Shown piece after piece: positions 48,201-60,200 of a stretch of DNA of 64,000 bases; position 1 is the stretch's first letter, and each line of letters opens with the position of its first letter. Origin of the DNA: Chiloscyllium plagiosum (Eukaryota); NCBI RefSeq assembly GCF_004010195.1, contig NC_057728.1, positions 45,169,419 to 45,233,418 of the forward strand, given 5' to 3'. The translations under genes were made by a program, and so were the position numbers. Below the pieces are notes generated by a model. The model had not been told where the DNA came from. It searched no databases and saw only the letters and a program-made list of their open reading frames with translations.

Positions 48201-51200
48201 TGACTGTTAACAAATTATCTGATTGTCGGAACAGTGCAGCTGGAATATTGCAGCTGAAACAGTCTTATCTTCACTGGACGTTGAGGCATGAACATAATAG
48301 GGATAAGGATCTCATTCATATTTATTTGTATTTAATAACTGTTAAAACTTATTTCAGATCATAGAGTTCCAATAATGTGGAAGCAGACTATTCAACCCAT
48401 ACTGACCCTCTGAAGAGCAAGTCATCCATACCCACCTACCTACCCTAACTCTGCATTTCCCTTGGCTAACCTACCTAGCCTGCACATCCCTGGAAACTAT
48501 GGGCAATTTAGCATGGCCAATTTATTTAACCTGCACATCTTTGGACTGCGGGAGGGAACTGGAGCACCCAGAGTAGACCCAAACAGACACAGGGAGAATG
48601 TATAAACTCCACACAGTTGCCCAAGGCTGGAATTGAACCCAGACTGCTAGTGCTGTGAGGCTACAGTGCTAACCACTAAGCCACCATGCCACCCAATACA
48701 GATGACTGGTCTGATATAGTTAATTTCTCTTTTGGAATTAGCAACAACAAATCCACTTCATCAGGAAATGATAGCAGTTTAGTATGGTCTTGGGCTGAAA
48801 ATGTGTTGCTGGAAAAGCGCAGCAGGTCAGGCAGCATCCAGGGAACAGGAGAATCGACGTTTCAGGAATGGTCTTGGGGTCAACTCTATGTTTCTGTCCT
48901 TCACAGCCTTGTACTCAACTAGTCATGCTCCTCCTTTTACTACCCTTTTATCATTGATTTGCATAGAAGATCTTGAGATTTACAATTATGTTAGTCACCA
49001 AAGTTTTTTTCATAATTCCTCTTTACTTCTGATATTTACTTTCTCACTGCTGTTCTGATCAAACCGAAAGACATAGGATCTGAAGTAAGCTATTTGGTTC
49101 ATTGAGTATGCTCTACCATTCAATGATATCATGGCTAATCTGTTAATCCTCAACTCCACTTTCCTGCCTGAAATGAACTAGGTTTTCAATAATATTTACT
49201 ATCTGACAACAGTCATAAGCACACTTTTTCTCCTGTAACCTATTTTTTATCAGTTTATCATCCAGGGATCTCTGGATTTATTTGTACTTTCTTTTCCTCT
49301 TCAGGGAATCTACCATGACTGTGCCCAAACTGTTTCCTCTTTGAAGATTGCCCATTGCTCAGATTGTTATTCCCTCCAATATTTGGTCCCTATGTATCCA
49401 GCCCAGTATGTTCTTGCTCCATTGGAGTTGGCTCTCTGCCAATTGATTATTCTTACCCAGAATTGATTAATGTCATGTACTACTGTCATCCTAAACCATA
49501 CGACATATTGATCGCTGCTCACTTAGTTTCCTCCCATTGTCTACATGGCTCACTTCATTTCCAAGAACCAGGTTAAGCAATGTCTCCTTTCTTATGGACT
49601 GTTGTTGGAAATTCCTCTGAATATAGTCCAGGAACACTTGTCCCTCGCTGCCCTTTACTCTTGCACTATTGCAGCCTATATATGGGTAATTACAGATCAT
49701 TATAAATACTCCACCATGTTTACACCTATCTGTAATTCCCTTGCAGATTTCTTCTTCTACATCCTTCTGATTAGTTGGTGGTATTTGCATCCTTTATATT
49801 CCTTAGCTGTAGCCCAATTGATTCTGTCCTGAACTCAATGAAATATTCTTTTATTTTTCACAACTAGAATATCAAAATGCCACCTTTCCTCCTTTATCTC
49901 CCCCTTTTTTGATCTTGTCTTGGACACTTTGTAACCAGAAATGTTTAACATCTGCCCTTTCTTAAGACAGCTCTCCAGTATTGCTGTAACATGATAATGC
50001 CACATGGCAATCTGTACCAGTAACCCCCAATAGTATGAACTATGTGCATTCACATTCACTCAATACATCCCTCCCTCAGTATAACCCTCCCTCAGTGCAG
50101 CCCTCCCTCATAATAGCCCTCCTGCAGTGTGCCACTCCCTGAGTTCAGTCTCCCCTCAGTACAGTCCTCCCTTACACAGAAACTCTGATTGAGAATTACT
50201 CTCTCCCTCACTCTGAACCTATCTATTAATTTACTGTTCTCTTTTTTTAATGATATTGGCCTCTTCTGGCATTTTATGCACCCTGGTATTAATTTCTAAC
50301 ATTCTCTCCTGGCTCCCACATTTTTGCTGAGTCAAGTTAAACCCTATCTGTGCAGGCTTTGTCAAATTCATTGAATGAATGATGGCTTTACATCCAAAAC
50401 CTTCTATACAGTGAATTGTGTATTGCTAAGATTTAATATATATGTATATAAGCTTCTGAGATATGTTCTGTTGTAACTGTGACCTGAATAATCATGTTTC
50501 AAAGACTCTGATGAAAGGTTGGAATTATTACAGCTCAGAACAGGGAACACTACTGCCTTATCCACACATATATGCTGTTAATATACATTGTTTAAAAATA
50601 ATCTAGAAGGCTTGCCTAAACTTATCTGAAGAACAGAAGAACCCATTCTAAAACCTGCTTCCAGCATCTGTGGTAAATGGTTCTTCAAATTTTTCTGAGA
50701 AAAACACCCCACAAGGAAAAACCGCTAGCAAACCTTCCTCAATCCAGTACTTGAATTATGGTAGAGTACGCTGCAAAGTGGCAACACATCCAAACCAACC
50801 ATGCAGTCCTTACCTCTTCCACAGCGCTTTGAACTGATTAAAGGACAAATGATAGATTATTCAAAGCAGTATCAGATCCTAATTTGTATTTGCTTATTCA
50901 CCGTACAGCCCATTGTCAATAATGTCCTTAACTTTCCTAATAAAGAAAGGCTAATGAAGGGCTTATGCCCAAAACGTCGATTCTCTTGCTCCTCGGATAT
51001 TGCACGACCAGCACTACACTCTCAAGTTTAAAATAAGTCTCAATATTTGAGGAGAAAGTTCAAGCACGGAGGATGATATTGGGATTCTTCTCAAGACAAT
51101 TCCAATGTTTTCGTCTTGCATTCATCTGGAAATGATGAGAAGTGCCAATTTGCACGAATACAAATAAAGGGGGAAAACTAACCATTGTCCTGTGTGAGTG

Positions 51201-54200
51201 CTGATTGGTTGACAAATGGACTCTTATTGGTGGAAGCACTTGAAATAATTGTAATGCGGTCAGCCAGCTGGACCTCATAGATTATGTGTTCCCTGATTGG
51301 GGCTGTTAATCTGGTCCAATCAGGGAATCCTGCCTGACAAATAGAAACAGGGATGTAACTGGAAGGTGGGTAGGGGTGGGCTGCCTTAGAGTGGTCAGAA
51401 GGTGGGAGGGGTGGGGGCTTGCTGGGTCTGTATTGTCTGCACTTTTGTATGTAACAGTATTGTCTAATGTACAAATGTCATTGTCCCTGTCTTGTCATAT
51501 GTGGAACTGGGAATTGAGGTTTGTCCTCATCTCCCTGTAAAATGGTTGAATGGTAGGGTTTGGGGCCTAGCTTTGCTGCTCCTCTCCCTTGTAAAATTGC
51601 TGTCTCTTGTGTACAGCTGAAAATGTTTTTTGTAAACTTTGTAATTTGTTTAATAAAATAAAAAAAAGAAACAGGGCTGTCAGAGGTTCTATTCACTTTG
51701 AGAGCTGGCTTTGAGGGAGCTAGATCAGTGTCAAGAATTTTCCACATGTAAATATAGAGGGTAACTTGGTGATGGGATACCGGCCACTGTGGAGTTATTT
51801 CACATGGAGAATGAGCAGTTAATGCTAATTGACTGTTAATTGCCAGATTTTGTTTAGATTTTAAACCAAGCAGGTTGACTCTGATCACAGCATTTCCCTG
51901 AGCAGTGGACCAGGGAGGAGCTAATGCCTGTTTTGTTGAGTTAAAACAAGTGTAGTGCGTGCACATATACACGCAGACTTTGCAGACGGAAAGAATATGT
52001 GCATATGCTCCTGGTGACTACAAGGTGAAAATCTTCATCAAAGTGTGTCTTTTTTTCAGCAATACTCAATTTCTGTACTAACAAATGACAATTCCATGGA
52101 TTAGCCCCAGCCCATTAGTTGGGTATGGCCAGCAATGTCTACCCACCAAAAGGAAATCTTCTAAAGCTGGGGAAATGGTGAGAAGTACCACTTTGAAATA
52201 CTGATATTGCAGTACAACACAGTAACACAAGTGAAAATATTGTCCAGCAGAGGGGGTGCAATGCTTTCACTTGGAGATTTGGCTACTTACAAAACTCTGA
52301 AATGTAAGATCATCTTTTTAAATTAAATCAAATAGTTTAACTTCTGAATGAAAGAGAATCTAATAAATTCCACAAGGAGGAGAAGAAGAAGATATGGAAG
52401 TTATGATTTGGAGATGCCAGTGTTGGACTGGGGTGTACAAAGTTAAAAATCACACAACACCAGGTTATAGTCCAACAGGTTTAATTGGAAGCACATTAGC
52501 TTTCGGAGCGACGCTCCTTCATCAGGTGATAGTGGAGGGCTCGATCGTAACACAGAATTTATAGCAAAAATTTGCAGTGTGATGTAATTGAAATTATACA
52601 TTGAAAAATGGATTGTCTGTTAAGCCTTTCATCTGTTAGAATACAGATGAAAGGCTTAACTTCTTTCATGTGTAAATCACAAAAGCTTTTTTTAAAAGTT
52701 GCATTCTCGGGTTAGCTGTTAACAATGGTGATAGCTAGACAATATGTTGAAGGTGTTAGCCCCCTGTGTTCTCAATCTATGACCTGATGTTTAGATTGAT
52801 TCTAATCTAAAAAGTGAGATAACAGAGTTTTACATAAATTCATGCAGTTTTTGAGCTCAGAGTTCTACATGAATCACACTTTCTTGGTCAAATGGATATT
52901 GTTTAACCTACAGCAGAAGATGGTGGTCTGGGTCAGGATTATTGGTGAGTAACTTTGAATGTCAAGAATTTCGATACACGTTTTGTCTTTATTCAGTGGC
53001 AACTATTCCTGTGCTGCTGGACACTTAAGAATTGCTGACACTGTACATATTCACCCATCAAATATTAAAATCCTGGGTTTGAGAGATAATAGTCTTTCAA
53101 TTAAAGGTTGTTTTGAAGAAACACCCAGATACTAAAGTTATTAAAGAGCCTGTTTGTGTGTACAAAGTTAGAACAAATTCCTTGCTGAGCTTGCAAGCAT
53201 GGATCTTTCATAGTGACTGCCAGACTTTCCAACCCAGGTAAGAGATACTGTGTTGAAACTTTATTGCTGGAACAGCACAGCAGGTCAGGCAGCATCCAGG
53301 GAACAGGAGATTCGACGTTTCGGGCACAGGCCCTTCTTCAGGAATGCTGCCTGACCTGCTGTGCTGTTCCAGCAATAAAGTTTCAACTTTGATCTCCAGC
53401 ATCTGCAGACCTCACTTTCTCCTCCTAAGAGATACTGTGTGCCAAGATAATGACTGTATTCTATTCTATGAACAATGTGCATGATGTCAGTCTCTCTAGG
53501 AACATGAACTTTCATTTAAGGAAGATTGGATAACCAAATGTGCAGATTTCCCACAGTTTTTGCAGTCTACTGAAGTTTTATACCTGGAAGATTGAATAAT
53601 TTCTTGTGAAAGTGTATCATATTTCCCTAAAAGTTTGATCAACTTTATAGTATCTTTCCTCCAGACATGCTAAAGTCTATTTCTTTAGGACCTCCAAGCC
53701 AGGAGATGCAGTCAGTGGTGAGCTTAAAAATGTCACTATCAGACCCTATTTCATCATTTCCGGAAGATAATCCCTTGGTGCCTGACTCTTCAGGCATTTA
53801 TACAGTACAAGTAGATCCCTTTGATATTCTTCAAGAATGGAATGAGGTGCATTCTTCACCTACACCAACAATTATGTTAATTTATGTGACTAACAGTGTT
53901 AATGAAGAAGCACTAAGTGTAGCTATTGAATCATAGAATCACAGATATGTTATGAAGCAGATGGATGCCATTTGTGTCTGCACCAGCTCTGCTAATGAGC
54001 ATCAGTACCTACTATCAATTTCTTGGTTTTTTTTCCCATGGCCTTGCATTTTCTTTCAGTCCAAATAGTTATCCAAATTCCCTCTTGAATACCTCAATTA
54101 ATCTGCCTCCATAGTGCATTGGTGAAGATGTGATGGAAGTTCCATTACCTGCTATTGTACAAGGTGGTCACAATGATCCTTCAGACAGCAACAAACAAAT

Positions 54201-57200
54201 TTAGCCTGATCAGATTGTGCAAGATTACAGAGAACAGTAAACGTTGTGCATGCAGGAAAACCCTCCAGTAACACCAAAGTTTAGAAATGGTATTTTACTT
54301 ATGTATGACAGCTCTTAAAATTATTTACCTCTATTTAGAGTTCCAGGCACACTGTCAAAAACAACAGCATTCAATATTAAAGTTCCTTTTATGTTGGCTT
54401 TTTGTTCAGAAAGTTTTGCAGTAGTTACAGCAGTTGTCGTCACACTCCTATCAGCAAATCTTCCAATATAAGAAACAATCTCTGCAAAGATTTTTATTAA
54501 TCATTCACCATCCTTGTACCAATCTTTTGAGGCTGTGAATCTACCTTCTGGAGTCTGTCTGATCATTCATTCCTCTCTTTATCCTATACTTAAGAATGTG
54601 ACACAAAAGCCTCAAGATATCGTTATACTGCAGTAGAATAGTGATAGTCCTCAGCTGTTTTTTGATGGCGGGACTCTTCATTCAGCCATATTTCATTGTC
54701 AAATGTTTTTTAATGGAAAGTTTCATTAAAGAGATAAGACCAATTGATGTTCAGTCAAGAGTAAATGTACTCCCTCAATGAGCATTCCCCAGTCTTTGTA
54801 CTGATGTAGTAGCACACAGGTCATCAGAACTTTAAGTACCATAAGACTTGGAATGATGTTACCATTTCAGTTGCTGAGAGCACAGTTTTTGTCAGCCTAC
54901 AGGCCATCACTCTCCTGTGTAATTTTGATTGATCAGATCAGGGAGAACTGTGGACCTTGGGAGGAGATGGAGGGGGGAGTGACTGGATAAATAGTTGGTT
55001 AAACAGGAATACTTTTGTTTTGACTGGATTACTTAATAATGTTAGGTAAATACTTCCACTTACTTAACAGATGGGCCAATGGGCTGAGAAGTGGCAGATG
55101 GAGTTTAATTCAGATAAATGTGAGGTGCTGCATTTTGGGAAAGCAAATCTTATCAGGACTTATACACTTAATGGTAAGGTCTTCAGGAGTGTTGCGGAAC
55201 AAAGAGACCTTGGAGTGCAGGTTCATAGTTCCTTGAAAGTGGATTCGCAGGTAAATAGGATAGTGAAGAAGGCATTTGGTATGCTTTCCTTTATTGGTCA
55301 GAGTACTGACTACAGGAGTTGGGAGATCATGTTGCGGCTGTACAGGATATTGGTTAGGCCACTGTTGGAATGTTGCATGCAATTATGGTCTCCTTCCTAT
55401 CGGAAAGATGTTGTGAAACTTGAAAGGGTTCAGAAAATATTTACAAGGATGTTGCCAGGGTTGGAGGATTTGAGATATAGGGAGAGGCTGATAGGCTGGG
55501 GCTGTTTTCCCTGGAACTTCAGATGCTGAGGGGTGACCTTATAGAGGTTTACAAAATCATGAGGGGCATGGATAGGGTAAATAGGCAAAGTCTTTTCCCT
55601 GGGGTGGATGAGTCCAGAGCTAGAGGGCATAGGTTTAGGGTGAGAGGGGAAAGATATAAAAGAGACCTGAGGGGCAACTTTTTCCCACAGGGGGTGGTAC
55701 GTGTATGGAATGAGCTGCCAGTGAAGTGGTGGAGGCAGGTACAATTGCAACACTAAAAGACATTTGGATGGGTCTATGAATAGGAAGGGTTTCGAGGGAT
55801 ATGGGCTGAGTGCTGGCAGGTGGGACTAGATTGGGTTAGGATATCTGGTCGGCATGGACGAGTTAGACAGAAGGGCCTGTTTCTGTGCTGGAGGAGAAAG
55901 TGAGGTCTGCAGACGCTGGAGATCAAAGCTGAAACTTTATTGCTGGAACAGCACAGCAGGTCAGGCAGCATCTAGGGAATGGACGAGTTAGACAGAAGGG
56001 CCTGTTTCTGTGCTGTACATCTCTATGACTCTAATACTGTGACTGCTGCCAATGCCACCTTTTGGTCGTACAAAAGTTACACCTGTGTGAAGAGGCAACT
56101 TGTGCCACTCTGAAGAAATGGAAATCCACAACCAGTTCCAAAGATAGCATCGCCAGAAATTCTGAAGAAATAGTTTCTGCTGGATCCAGGACTCAGTGAG
56201 GTGGAGGTAGTGGCAGGCACTGATAATGAGGAGCTTCCTCTCCCTCGTGAAGTCTGTGCTTTAAGTGTCCTTGGCCACTGCTCCTTCACATCACCATTGC
56301 CACTTCAGAGGGTACAAAATCATAGAATCATAGAATCCCTTCAGTGCAGAAAGAGACTATTCAGCACATTGAGTCAGCAACAACCCTCTGAAAAGATCCC
56401 ACCTAGATCCACCACATCTCTCCCATGCTATCACTGTAACCCGACATTAAACATGACTAATCCACCGAGAGTGCACATTCCTGGACATTATGGGGCAATT
56501 AGCATGGCCAATCCATCTAATTTGCACATCTTTGGACTGTGGGATGAAACCGGAGCACTGATAGAAACTGGAGCACTGAAGAAAACCCACACGTCACAGG
56601 GAGAACATGCAAACTCCACGTAAACAGTCACCCAAAGCTGGTATAGAACCTGCGCCACTGACGCATTGAGGCAGCGGTGCTAATCACTGAGTCACTGTGC
56701 TGTAAAATTCAGTGACCTAGTATACCAGTTCCAAGTAAAATATCACATTGTAATGCGAAACACATCTAAATCCCAATGGCGTGCCATCACTTTTTACTCA
56801 TCATTTGTTAATGTTTAAATAAGAGGAATTTGGAAATTTCACTCAAAGATCCTGAACAATGTAATGCTGTCACTGTTATAGTGCCATAGAGTCATTGAGA
56901 TGTACAGCACAGAAACAGACCCTTCCATCCAACTCGTCCATGCCAACCAAATATCCCATCCCAATCTAGTGCCACCTGCCAGCACCCGGCCCATGTACCT
57001 CCAAATCCTTCCTATTCAGATACCCATCCTGATGTTTTTTAAATGTTGCAATTGTACTAGTCTCCACCACTTCCTCTAGCAGCTCATTCCATACATGTAT
57101 CACCCTCTGCATGAAAAAGCTGCCCTTAAGTCTCTTTTATATCTTTTCCCTCTCTCCCTAAACTTATCCCCTCTACTATTGGACTCCCCAACCCTAGGGA

Positions 57201-60200
57201 AAAGACTTGGTCTACTTATCCTATCCATGGAGAAAGTGAGGTCTGCAGATGCTGGAGATCAGAGCTAAAAATGTGTTGCTGGAACAGCGCAGCAGGTCAG
57301 GCAGCATCCAGGGAACAGGAGAATCGACGTTTCGGGCATAAGCCCTTCCTGAAGAACGTTATTTAAAAGAAATCTAGAAATCTGGCTTGAGATTATATGA
57401 AGAACAGAAAAACTGCAAGAAATGGCCACTGGGTCACAACCTCCCTGGCATCCACACTTCCACTACAAGCATATGTGCAAGCAAGATATGAAGCTGAAAG
57501 ATATTTACACTGACAATTGGGAGACGGTCATTGAATACGGTGACCTCTGGAGGCTTACTATTTGGAGGGGCATCAGAAGAGGCAATCAGACATAAATAGC
57601 TCAGGTGGCTGAGAACAGGATGCAGAAAAAACACAGGCAGCAAATGTGCACCTTCTCAATCTACTGTCCCCCTGTCTAGCAAATGCAACAGAGACTGCAA
57701 GGTCAGAGTGAGGCTCCTGTGTACCAGACAGTGCTTACCACAGAGCTGACCATCCTGGCACAAACCATCATCTTATGAGGTGAAAGGCTGCCATATTATT
57801 TACTCTTATCAAAACAATTCATGATTTTGAACACCTCTATCAAATCTTCTCTGATCATGATTTTGAAGGACTGAGATTCAATGGTTTCTATGTCGGTGGA
57901 GAATGTGGTTCCTGTCTTTTCCTTTACCTTGGGAAACCATGATCCATAAATCGAACAAAGGTAGAGTTGGTCTTAATTTTTTTTATGTATGATTTCTGTT
58001 AATAATATAGGCACTGGAGTATGGCAACTTAAAACACTTTTCAATGTTTTTTTTTGTAAAAATTTAAGTGACAATAAATTAGTATTCTATTCTGAAAGCA
58101 TTTAAAGAGGGGGATAGATTTTTGAAATATTGAGAAGTTGAGGGCTATGAAGAGCTGGCACAAGAGGAATTGAGGCCTAGAGCAATTTGGCCAAGAGATT
58201 TTAGAATGGAGGGGCAAGCCTAAAGAGATGAATGGCTTACCTGCTTCTATTTCTTATGTTTTTTTTATCTTCTTTGCTGCAAGCATAATAAGCCCACTTT
58301 CTCTAGCCTTTCCACATATCCGAAGCACATCTTCTCTGTAGATTCCTCATCAAAGTCTTGACATGCTTTGTGCACTGAATTGGCTACAATACTCCAACTG
58401 GAGCCAAATCAATCTTTTATAAAGCTGCCTTGTTTTTCTATTCTTTGCATTTCTTTATAACGTCCAGGATCCTGTCTTCTTTTTAACAGCTTTCTTAACT
58501 CAGTTTGCATCTTCAAAGAATAATTTTTGTACATTCCCACTGTCTCAATCTTGTGCACTTTTAAACAAAATTCTATCATTCAATTTGTATTTTCCCATCT
58601 CATGTTTTGACCAAAATGAATTACTTGAGTTCATCTGCCATGCGTCATTTCACTGGTCTACGTCCTCCTCAGGTCGACAATACTCCTGTTTTATACAGGT
58701 CTGAATGGGTATCAGAAGGTTAATACTTGATTAAGTGCATTGAACACCACTATTGTGATGATGTCACAGGGACTTGGCCAAACTAAAGCAAGAGCTTTGT
58801 AGGAGACTGACCTGGGGCTAATGTGCTCCTAACAGTTTCTGCAGTAATTTAATTCATAGCCATGAAATCTGTAAATAGTTACAGAAATACAATAAATTTC
58901 ATATTTCATGACTGCTGAGAAAAGACATATTTTGTCAAGCCTATTGTCTGTTTTACCAGAACCATTGACAAGAAATACCAATATAAATTGAAAACAACAG
59001 TTACATTGTGTGAGAACAGGGTGTTAATTCATTGGAAAGAGGACAATCCTCAGAGAAAAAGATGAAACTTGACATAGGAGACTTAAAGAATCTATTCATT
59101 TCTCAAGCTACAAATCCATTACAGACATACCAGTTAAGCCAATGCAGTAGGTAAGGCAGACATCAGACAGTAAAAGTTCTTGCCAATGCTGTGAAGCCAA
59201 GAAACATCACAAATGTGTACAGTGCCCATGTTTTAAAATTGAATGCTTTAATTATAAGAAATGAAGTCACTTTCAGAAAATGTATAGAAGCAGGAAATAG
59301 CCACAGATAAGCAAAAGTATCTGTATTAAGAGATAAATGAATGTGAACAGTTTCCACTAGAAGCACGTTTTCTCAGTGGTTCGCGCTGCTGCCTCATAGT
59401 GCCAGTAACCCGGGTTCAATTCCAGCCTTGAGTGACTGCTTTTGTGGAGTTTGCACATTCTCTCTCTGTGTCTGTGTGAGTTTCCTCTGGGTGCTCCAGT
59501 TTCTTCCCACTATCCAAAAATGTGTGGGTTAGGCAATGCTAAATTACCCACAGTGTTCAGGGATTTGTAGTTTAGATGCATTAGTCAGGGGAAATGTAGA
59601 GTAATAGGGTAGGGGAATGAGTTGGGCAGAGTACTCTTCGGAGGGTCGGTGTGGACTTTTTGGGCCAACTGGCCTGTTTCCACATTGTAGAGATTCTATA
59701 TTTATAAATCTGTACTCTGGACCAAATATTTCATCATGCAATCACTTATGTTAATTGACATCACACAAATTTCGAGTCAGGCACAGAAGCACGTCACAAT
59801 ATTTTCAGATAGAGAGCCCTGATTGATAAAACTACCCACAGACAACAGAAGTTCAGCTATATGGTCCAGTGAACATTACAACTAAAGTTAAAGATATGCT
59901 ATAAGAAACTCTTCAACACAGGAGACACCAAATGTTTGAATACCTTAATATACTTCACAACCAAGAATTTAACCTTTTGATTAGATGAGTTTGTATTGAT
60001 CTCAACATCATTAAAAAAAAAGTGAAAGAATTTAACCAATAAAAATTCAAGGAAAAGCCAATAGAAAATTTGCTATGCTTTGTAGTCTTAATGTCAGAGC
60101 CTAAACAAAAAGCACAATTTGCTGAGATTAGTTCATTGATGAAAAGCTACAGCTATAGTGGTTGGTTGAAATGCTTTCTGCTGATATCAAATGTAGGAGA

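Noticed and set aside
50065..50170. Spaced CCCTCCCTCAGT repeats resembling a CRISPR array
   Set aside because: A degenerate minisatellite of about 16 bp with no unique spacers, in a vertebrate genome.
56077..56289. Minus-strand ORF as an exon of the unknown gene
   Set aside because: Poor donor (gtgtaa), no clear phase fit and no recognisable product.
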